From: Wickerhamiella versatilis
Taxonomy: Eukaryota
Direction: 5' to 3'
Length of the DNA: 64,000 bases
NCBI GenBank assembly: GCA_030867685.1
Contig: JAQOWU010000007.1
Coordinates: 1,736,001-1,800,000 of the forward strand
This document shows positions 56,749 to 64,000 of the stretch, piece after piece (the stretch's first letter is position 1; every line of letters starts with the position of its first letter). Under the pieces are notes generated by a model. The model saw only the letters and a list, made by a program, of their open reading frames with translations, was not told where the DNA came from and did not search any database. The translations under genes were made by a program, and so were the position numbers.

Positions 56749-58659
56749 ATGGAGCTATCCACAGTCCTCTTAGGGCAGTCTGCTATAGAATACTTGCGCA
56801 GAAAAGAGGTAAAAGAAGTTCCATCGGAATCTGAAATAGATTTCAAGCAGCTTCAGCATATTGTCGCGGCTCACCCACTCATCGGTAAACTAGTTCTCTC
56901 TGATAAAGATTGCAAACAAGTATGGTCGGAGCATTTTACATCTTCTACGTCGCTGGAGGATCTTGAGGAACGGGTTAGTGATGATGTTCAGAGTTATATC
57001 AATGCAGGTATGGGGGAGTTACAGTCACTTTCGTCGCCCCCCAGCGGGCATCCTGGAACCGTTTACAGTCATTTGAGGAGCATCATACAGGGATCCGTGG
57101 CACCAGCGCAGTCTCCTGGAGAAGAGAGAACCACCTCGAATAAGGACAGCGTTCAAGCAGAGGAGATCCCGGATTCGGAGGCAGTAGAGGAAGATTCATT
57201 ACCGTCCAAAAATATAGAGCCGGAGGCCGCCAATGAATCTAAAGAGGATCATGAAGAGGAAGCGAGCCAGAAGGAATCTGAACCTTCTCAGGCAGGTAGT
57301 AGTTCTCGCGAGGAGTTTGTAGAAAATGGTGAGACTAAAGCGCATGCAGCAGCGGAATCGCATTCACCCGAAACTGACAAAACGAAGTCCAATGTAGCCA
57401 GTCCACAAGACGCTAATGTAGTTGAAGAGGAACCTGCTGTTCGACGAGACGACCGTAGGAGGCGGCCGCGAACTCGCTCTGCTTCAGCCCGAAATGCTAC
57501 GGACCGTAGCCGGAAACAATCATCTCGAGAAGCTAGCCATGAGACTGAGGAAAAATCTCAGGAGCAAGAGCTGGAACAAGAACAGGAAGAGGAACAGGAA
57601 GAGGAAGAGGAACAGGAACAGGAACAGGAAGAGGAGCAGGAGCAGGAAGAGGAGCAGGAACAGGAAGAGGAGCAGGAGCAGGAAGAGGAGCAGGAGCAGG
57701 AAGAGGAGCAGGAGCAGGAGCAGGAGCCTGAACAGGTATCTGAATCAGAAGTGCCTCAGAACGAGACTGAAGTGGAGAAGGTAGACACTTCCCAAAGGCG
57801 GACTCGTAAACGACGACTGTCGTTCGGCCAGGAAGATAACCAGGAACAAGCAAGTCTCCAGAAAGAGCGTGAACCTAGTGAAGAACTTACCGTCGAAGAA
57901 TCCCCTCCATCCAAGCGCCGTAGAAGACCAAGTAAACGGGTAGCGGCTATGTCGGCAAAACGTGCAGCTAATGCAGAGAAGGAAAAATCGGAAGAGCCTG
58001 GTGATTCAGAACATAAGGAACGAGATAACGAAGATGACGAAGTTAATGAAAGTGAGGCAGAGAGAAAAGAAGATACCGAAACGCAAGAAGCCGAGAAGGC
58101 AGAAAATGATGATCCGACCGGATATGACCAGGAGGATGACCGGCAAGTGCAAAAAGAGACGAAGGAAGGTAGAGCGGAGCAAAAATTAAAGCAAGAAACC
58201 AAAGAAGATGGCAAAGAAAGCCCTACTTCCACCAAAAAATCACAGGAAAGTGATATTGAAGATCATCGTTCCCGCAAGAGAAGAGCACCTCGGCCTCTAC
58301 CCGCTCAGAATCTGCAGGCACGGCAGCAGGAATTTCAGTTGCGTGCGCAGGACGTTTTAGACCATCTCGATAACCTTGGTATTGACATACCATCAGCTGA
58401 GGGTATTGCGTATGATCCAGTAACGTTTGAGGACGTCAGAAGGGAAGTGGGTAATGGCGGCATTAGCAGTATAGCACATTTCAGCCTTGTTATATATCGG
58501 ATGCTGTCGGACGCTGTCATGTCCACCCCCTCAGCAAAATTAGCTGAGAGCGGATTGGACAAGCTCATTCAAGAAGCTGACCAACAACTTGCGATGTTAA
58601 AAGCAGCGCAGGAGTCAAATGAACCGCTGCCAAAACGAAGAAGAAGTACACGACTTTAA
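56749..58659 (+). CDS. Acidic low-complexity nuclear protein with degenerate C-terminal bromodomain-like segment
   Basis: 636 aa, E/Q-rich, several NLS-like basic clusters; DPVTFEDVRREVGNGGISSIAHF...YRMLSDAVM resembles bromodomain helices A/B. Confidence 0.65.
   Translation: MELSTVLLGQSAIEYLRRKEVKEVPSESEIDFKQLQHIVAAHPLIGKLVLSDKDCKQVWSEHFTSSTSLEDLEERVSDDVQSYINAGMGELQSLSSPPSGHPGTVYSHLRSIIQGSVAPAQSPGEERTTSNKDSVQAEEIPDSEAVEEDSLPSKNIEPEAANESKEDHEEEASQKESEPSQAGSSSREEFVENGETKAHAAAESHSPETDKTKSNVASPQDANVVEEEPAVRRDDRRRRPRTRSASARNATDRSRKQSSREASHETEEKSQEQELEQEQEEEQEEEEEQEQEQEEEQEQEEEQEQEEEQEQEEEQEQEEEQEQEQEPEQVSESEVPQNETEVEKVDTSQRRTRKRRLSFGQEDNQEQASLQKEREPSEELTVEESPPSKRRRRPSKRVAAMSAKRAANAEKEKSEEPGDSEHKERDNEDDEVNESEAERKEDTETQEAEKAENDDPTGYDQEDDRQVQKETKEGRAEQKLKQETKEDGKESPTSTKKSQESDIEDHRSRKRRAPRPLPAQNLQARQQEFQLRAQDVLDHLDNLGIDIPSAEGIAYDPVTFEDVRREVGNGGISSIAHFSLVIYRMLSDAVMSTPSAKLAESGLDKLIQEADQQLAMLKAAQESNEPLPKRRRSTRL
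57574..57726 (+). repeat. Coding minisatellite, 6-bp/18-bp units (CAGGAAGAGGAGCAGGAG) encoding QEEEQE
   Basis: Direct tandem repeats with no T on the + strand over about 150 bp. Confidence 0.95.
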
Positions 58660-58780
58660 GACTAATCTATGCATATAAGCTAAATGAGCCAAGTCTAAAT
58701 TGGAGATTATGCCAGCATGGCACTACTGAAGCTCCATGAAAATCTATACACACATACAAGAAAAAAGGTGATTTTACCAC

Positions 58781-59056
58781 TTACTTTCCAAAGGCCTGGG
58801 GGCCCTGCTGCATGAGCTTCGCATTCATTTCTTGGAACCTTTGTCCAACACGCTCAGAATGCTTCAAGAACTTCTCAGAGCAGTTCAATACACAGGTCTG
58901 CTCCTTGGAAGTCAAGGACTGAGAAGTGAAATCATTGACGCAGTCAGCAAAACAACGCTCTACAAGCGAAGAGTAAAGCCTGAGAAAGTCCTTCATTTGC
59001 TTGCGCTCGACTATCTGGGCAAACTCCTGCTGCTCTCTGGGGTTAAGCTGATCCAT
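58781..59056 (-). CDS. TIM9: Mitochondrial intermembrane-space small Tim chaperone
   Basis: MDQLN..EQQEF..IVE.KQMKDF.RLYS.LVERCF.DC..DFTS; twin CX3[19 protein letters not shown] at 59056. Confidence 0.96.
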   Translation of the reverse strand: MDQLNPREQQEFAQIVERKQMKDFLRLYSSLVERCFADCVNDFTSQSLTSKEQTCVLNCSEKFLKHSERVGQRFQEMNAKLMQQGPQAFGK

Positions 59057-59107
59057 TCTGCAAGTGAAACTTTCAATTTTGATTACTAACAACACCGACT
59101 GGTATGG

Positions 59108-60160
59108 ATGGCTAGTGATGATGGTTCAAATGGTTCAAACTCTACAAAGTTAGTAGGCTTCGCATCAGGTGGAGCTCGAGCAATCACGGCACAGTTCTTA
59201 ACTTTCTATACACGAATTCCAGTGAAGCTTTTCCGTCCTCCACGTGTTGATTATACTCGGCTTCTTCAGTCGCTCGCATTGAGTGGCGAGCTCACGAAGA
59301 CTCCTTGGACCTTTTGGACACATTCAAACCCGGCACTTCTCATTCGAGCTGTACGCAAGTATGGTTGGTCAGTAGTACCGGATAAGCTGCTACCTCCAAT
59401 CATTGCAAACTCTTTAGTGGGTACAGTTCTGTATACGTCTTATTTAGGTTCACTGAATCTGATGGAATTTGTAAATGGCAACAATCTGCCCACAGTGAAA
59501 CAGTCTTTTGTTGCCGGCGGCATAGCCGGTGGCATACAAGCTATTGTAGCTACCCCTATTGATGCCGTGGCGACCCGGTTCAATGCCGACATCCTTCGCA
59601 AAGAAAATTCATTGTGGAGTTATGGGTATGACTTACTGAGGACTATTGGCCCGAGAGCTGCTTTAGGGGGCGTTGTTTTGAACACGTTCAAAGAAAGCGC
59701 TTCCTTTGCAGTATTCTTCGCAGTTTTCGAGGCCGTTAGGGGACCTGTATATCGTGAGTGTGGTACGCGAAAATTTTATCCATGGTTTGTCCTTGCGGCA
59801 GGTTGTCTGAGTTCTGCATCTCTTCAAGCGGTAAACTATCCTCTTTCAAAAATACAGAAGGTACACACGCTAGGTCTACAAGCTATAGACCAACAACTCA
59901 AATCACAAAAACCACGCATGCTCTCGAGGTTTGTTCATCCTGATTGGGAGGCCTATGCATTTGCGTATGAAAAAACGTTTCGTCGAATCAAGCATCTTGT
60001 TGCCAAGGAAGCTAGTGGATCCTGGGTGCAGTGGTTGTGGGCAGGTGGACTCAAATATACTCTTTATTCTATACCATCCACATCAATTGGCCTGCTAGTA
60101 TTTGAAATGCTGCGCCAAGGTCAGCTCCGTGAAGATAAATCTCCATCGTTGAAATCCTAG
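59108..60160 (+). CDS. Divergent mitochondrial carrier-like protein (uncharacterised fungal family)
   Basis: [46 protein letters not shown] (PxD signature), YPLSK. Confidence 0.75.
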   Translation: MASDDGSNGSNSTKLVGFASGGARAITAQFLTFYTRIPVKLFRPPRVDYTRLLQSLALSGELTKTPWTFWTHSNPALLIRAVRKYGWSVVPDKLLPPIIANSLVGTVLYTSYLGSLNLMEFVNGNNLPTVKQSFVAGGIAGGIQAIVATPIDAVATRFNADILRKENSLWSYGYDLLRTIGPRAALGGVVLNTFKESASFAVFFAVFEAVRGPVYRECGTRKFYPWFVLAAGCLSSASLQAVNYPLSKIQKVHTLGLQAIDQQLKSQKPRMLSRFVHPDWEAYAFAYEKTFRRIKHLVAKEASGSWVQWLWAGGLKYTLYSIPSTSIGLLVFEMLRQGQLREDKSPSLKS

Positions 60161-60228
60161 GACTTGGCATATACATTACAGATTTAGCGCATTAGTCTCT
60201 ATTTATACCATAGCTCTTCGTACGTTGC

Positions 60229-63200
60229 TTAATGGTCTTCTTGATCCTCTGCTTTAGTATTTTCAGAATCCTGTTCTGGCTCAAGAGACTGGTTTACCAT
60301 AGGTGCTATGTCAGGAAGAAATCCCTTCAAAGCTTTCTGTGTCTCAGTCCAGAAGCGATCAGTACCTTTTCCAGCGGTACGCAACACCAATATCACATTC
60401 TTCAGCATTTCCTCAACACTTTCATGTAATGCTGGCTGACGCCGTGACGATAATAATCGATCCAAAGCCTTCATCACGCGACCCCATGCATCTTCTAGGT
60501 CGACCTCATCATTCAATGCATGCTGCAGAAAGACTTTACCAAGTAGAGACGCCGCTTGCTGTCGAGTAAAGTCCATACCTGCCGGGTCCCGTTTGTAAAT
60601 CTCTGGCTTCAACAGTAACTCCATAAGATGAGGCAGTAAAACGTGGTCAACAAGAACTTGCCAAGTGACAGATATATCTGTAGGCGGTGCAAGCAGTGTC
60701 TTTTGCAATGCGGCCAGGGACCGCTCACGCGATTTTGGTAATGCAGACGCAGACCCATTTGCCAAAGCAGTTAGAGCTGCAAGGTATGTATCCTCTGTCT
60801 TTGATTCATTGGCCAGTTTTGACAATGTATCAGCCACTTCAAAATTTTTCTGCAGACAATGGCCTAGAACGGGTGCAGCAGCAGTTTCAAGATGCTCCAA
60901 GCAGTATGTGTGAACCTTTACCGTATCATCTGCTTCCATCAGTAGTGACCAAACCTTCGGCGAAGGATGTAGTTGAAGCAATACGTCTAATGAAATTCTT
61001 CCCGAGTCCAATGCATCTTCGAGATATTGTGAGTTATGAGCACGGGATGCAGCTAAGGCCAAAGTATCTACACCGGCACCTGGCCTTGCGTGAGCTGCAG
61101 CTGCGACCTTATTAAAATCTTCTTCAGTATTTGCGAGTCTGTAAGCTAGGCGAAGAAGGAAGCTCGCAGCTGGCGCGTATTCCTTTTCCGATGGCGGCTC
61201 TGGTAGTACGTCAAGCGCACCTTGAAGAAGCTTTCTTACTTTAAAAGACTCCACAGACAATTTACATGCATTGACACAATCTTCAGCTCCCAGTGCTGCA
61301 TCTACATCCTCGTCAGATGGCTCGACAGGTTGGTCGGGTGCTGAAGTCAGATAAGAGCTGAGAGCAGAAAAAATTCCCACTGCTTTGCCGGATTTGGAAC
61401 GCTCAAATGTGTGACAAGGTGTCACTGCTGGGATTTCTGGCAATATTGATGGTCCAACAGAGTATATGTGAAGGTTTGCCAGCATTTTACCGACTAAGCC
61501 CCATCCCTGAGATGACGGCTCTGCAATTCGCACAAGACGGAAAAGTGTGATACTGGCCATCTGAGCCTTCAGGTCACTACCGAAAGGTACGCTCAAGTCA
61601 CTGACAACCACTGAATGTGTTTTTTCCGAGTCAACTATGCGAACCTCAATGTTATTGCGAGGGGAGCGCAAGTCCCCAGAAGCTAATGTTGAAATGCGCG
61701 CTAGTGCCGCCACTATCGCGTCCACACAACCGCTAAGTTCATATCTCTGTCCAAGTACTGCCAACTCGTGAAAGCCCTGAATAACCCGCGAAAACACTAC
61801 ATCATCGGTAGCGGTGGCAAAAATATAGAGTAGCGTCGAGACTACTGGGCGCCACGTCCGTTTCAATAGCGCGGCGACAACAGCAGGCGATTTCACAACT
61901 TTGTAAGGTGTGGTTCTCGGTGCTTCTTGCTGCACTTGCCGCCATTCCATGTCGAATGACTCTTCTGTATCGTGCTCATCAGGCAACACGATTTCGCGCT
62001 GTGCTATACCATCAAACATAGCCCTGACATAGTCCGGCTGAAAGTCACTACCCGAGTTAGCCCCTTTAAGCTGGCGGCTCCAGGCATCAAAATCCATTCT
62101 ACGTTTCACTGACGGAGAGTGCTGGTCCGTATTGAGCATAATCACGGCATATGCAAGAATAAATGCCGCATCTGCAGACGCGACATCATTAGAATTGCCC
62201 TCTCCACTCATGAATTGTGCTGCAAACTTATCGATAATTAATTCAATCTGCCGAGATTCTCCTGGCAGCCTGAAGGAGCATAAGAAAGAACGGAGAGCCT
62301 CATCCATACGCATATTGCTAAAGTCAAACTCTTGAATAAAATACCCAAGAATCTCCTGGTTCGCAGGCTTTGCAAGAAATTGCCCAAGAACTGCCTTGTT
62401 AAGACGTCGGCATTCGCGCAAAAATCGACCGATTTCAGGGGGACTGTCATCTTTAACCAATTTCTGCTCAATCATAGCCTTGACACCATCCTTAGGGGAT
62501 TTATTAAACGTATCTGCAACAAGTGTCTCACGCTGCTTGCGGTCTATAGACGACAAGTATGGTGGCGGTGTTGACTCTGGCACAAGAATATCATGCCATA
62601 CCCGAAGAGCATGCAGAATGGCTTCAAGGCATAATGGTGGCACGGAAGCCGTTGACCACGTTGAACTGTCAGGATAAGCATTTCTACAAAGAAATCCCAA
62701 TAGATCGCTTGCTAGGTCTGGTGACGATACATCGCAGTCGTAACTGGCATAAAGACTAGGCCAAAATGCAGGGTTTACTATCGCCATTCTCACAACTGCT
62801 TCAACCATTACCTCTCGTAATTCAGGTGTTTTCAATCTTGCTGCACTAGGAAGCTGTGCTGTATCGGTCCCTGGCTCTATAGGTGGTGCTTTTACACAAC
62901 GAGGTCGGGCAGGAACGCCCTCGTAAAAACCATCATTAGCGGGGAGGTCCGCAAGGGGGGTAAGGCTTGTGAGGACATATACAAGGACCAGTTCAAATTG
63001 CAATTTAAACTGTTCAGGACAAGTGTTCATAATTACCATTGCAAGGCTAAGCGCTTCAGCCACTAAACTCGGATGTTCTCTTCGCACCAAAAGTGCTATA
63101 TTACGCCATAACTGGTTTCCAATAAGCTCGAGTAATTTTTCATCTTGCCCAATGTTATGTCCCGATACCTCAAAGCAATTTCGGAGTATTTGGAGCACAG

Positions 63201-63951
63201 TTATTCGAGTAGCATCTGCCATTACCGCTCGATCCGCGGGGTTGAGCACCAACACCAACACCTTCAAGACTTCATATGTAGTCCTTGGGTCGAACTCGCC
63301 AAATATTATGCGCATGAAACTAATAAGAGTTGCCACTACACATTGACGCAGAGAGCCCCCACGACGTGGCTGGCACGCCAAACTCAAGCACGTTTCTGTA
63401 ATTTCTAGTACTGCCTGGCGGTGAAGTAACCTGATGCATGGGCTATGAATCATACGATCGAGCACAACCATTAGGTGGAGAAGTACCGCATCGTCTTCGC
63501 GGGTATCAGTCCCTTCAAACCTGCAGTGGGTTAAAGAGTGTGCTAAGTCATTGAGAGCTTCTTCAGCATTAATCGAGTCTTTTTTGATAACTCCAAGGGC
63601 AAAAAACTTCTCCAATGCATCTAAAGCGCTACTAGTTATAACCCCTGAGACGACCGGTGATCGAATGACTTCCACAAACGGTTGCACAATCATCAACGCG
63701 TCAAGATCTTTTCCACTTGCAACTGAAAAGCGTAGCTGGCCAAAACGGCGAAGCAGGTCTTGATCTGCGCGCTGTGGACGTGGAGTTCGCAGCTTCTCTC
63801 CGAACTCAGGCTCATCAGAATCGTCCTCGGGCACACCCAGGATAGCTGCAATGCCTGTTTTTACAAGCCGCGTATTATGTCTCATCAAGGCCATAAGTGA
63901 CATGCACTCGGCCATCACCAGAAAGCTGGTGTCGACACTCCTCCGCTCCAT
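60229..63951 (-). CDS. GEA2: Sec7-domain ARF guanine-nucleotide exchange factor, Gea1/2 (GBF1) type
   Basis: DCB (PF.EVIRS..SG.ITS.AL, THCRFEG.D), HUS (YASYDCD), Sec7 (FRLPGES.QI, AVIMLNTDQH, EIVLPDEH). First ATG at 63951, but the frame is open to the window edge, so the true start may lie outside. Confidence 0.92.
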   Translation of the reverse strand: MERRSVDTSFLVMAECMSLMALMRHNTRLVKTGIAAILGVPEDDSDEPEFGEKLRTPRPQRADQDLLRRFGQLRFSVASGKDLDALMIVQPFVEVIRSPVVSGVITSSALDALEKFFALGVIKKDSINAEEALNDLAHSLTHCRFEGTDTREDDAVLLHLMVVLDRMIHSPCIRLLHRQAVLEITETCLSLACQPRRGGSLRQCVVATLISFMRIIFGEFDPRTTYEVLKVLVLVLNPADRAVMADATRITVLQILRNCFEVSGHNIGQDEKLLELIGNQLWRNIALLVRREHPSLVAEALSLAMVIMNTCPEQFKLQFELVLVYVLTSLTPLADLPANDGFYEGVPARPRCVKAPPIEPGTDTAQLPSAARLKTPELREVMVEAVVRMAIVNPAFWPSLYASYDCDVSSPDLASDLLGFLCRNAYPDSSTWSTASVPPLCLEAILHALRVWHDILVPESTPPPYLSSIDRKQRETLVADTFNKSPKDGVKAMIEQKLVKDDSPPEIGRFLRECRRLNKAVLGQFLAKPANQEILGYFIQEFDFSNMRMDEALRSFLCSFRLPGESRQIELIIDKFAAQFMSGEGNSNDVASADAAFILAYAVIMLNTDQHSPSVKRRMDFDAWSRQLKGANSGSDFQPDYVRAMFDGIAQREIVLPDEHDTEESFDMEWRQVQQEAPRTTPYKVVKSPAVVAALLKRTWRPVVSTLLYIFATATDDVVFSRVIQGFHELAVLGQRYELSGCVDAIVAALARISTLASGDLRSPRNNIEVRIVDSEKTHSVVVSDLSVPFGSDLKAQMASITLFRLVRIAEPSSQGWGLVGKMLANLHIYSVGPSILPEIPAVTPCHTFERSKSGKAVGIFSALSSYLTSAPDQPVEPSDEDVDAALGAEDCVNACKLSVESFKVRKLLQGALDVLPEPPSEKEYAPAASFLLRLAYRLANTEEDFNKVAAAAHARPGAGVDTLALAASRAHNSQYLEDALDSGRISLDVLLQLHPSPKVWSLLMEADDTVKVHTYCLEHLETAAAPVLGHCLQKNFEVADTLSKLANESKTEDTYLAALTALANGSASALPKSRERSLAALQKTLLAPPTDISVTWQVLVDHVLLPHLMELLLKPEIYKRDPAGMDFTRQQAASLLGKVFLQHALNDEVDLEDAWGRVMKALDRLLSSRRQPALHESVEEMLKNVILVLRTAGKGTDRFWTETQKALKGFLPDIAPMVNQSLEPEQDSENTKAEDQEDH

Positions 63952-64000
63952 GTCTGCCTTGCCTGATGACACACCTGTGACGTATGAGCTTCCCTCTTCC

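Noticed and set aside
57422-57853. Alternative-frame RS-rich and PA-rich ORFs; repeat array as CRISPR-like
   Set aside because: They are by-products of the coding minisatellite; there are no unique spacers and the context is eukaryotic.
1-64000. tRNA, rRNA, transposase or bacterial horizontally transferred genes
   Set aside because: None recognised by eye, and the SDRs and lyase look like fungal family members. tRNAscan-SE, Infernal and phylogenies would be needed to exclude them formally.

Overview
Eukaryotic, very gene-dense and apparently intron-free 64 kb segment of a budding-yeast (Saccharomycotina) chromosome. It holds about 41 protein-coding genes. The short intergenic spacers and streamlined proteins suggest a compact early-branching lineage such as Wickerhamiella/Starmerella, which is an inference. 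Most genes are housekeeping (TFB3, FOL2, BUD6, SFH1, GSH2, HTS1, TFA1, UBC7, HSP90, POL3, TIM9, GEA-type ARF-GEF). A PFA5-like palmitoyltransferase at the left edge was missed by the ORF track. Highlights: (1) a complete but miniaturised telomerase reverse transcriptase (EST2/TERT, 766 aa) whose upstream spacer has template-like tandem repeats and nested long-range pairings, a speculative candidate for a telomerase RNA gene next to TERT; (2) a second unexplained structured element directly behind the CTR2 stop codon; (3) a nutrient-scavenging block (GIT1, an Egt2-like PLP lyase and two tandem amino-acid permeases); (4) a DDRGK1/UFBP1-like protein and a degenerate-bromodomain protein; (5) head-to-head gene pairs with only 36-67 bp between start codons. 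I recognised no tRNA, rRNA, transposase or CRISPR array. All family calls come from recalled motifs, not database searches.
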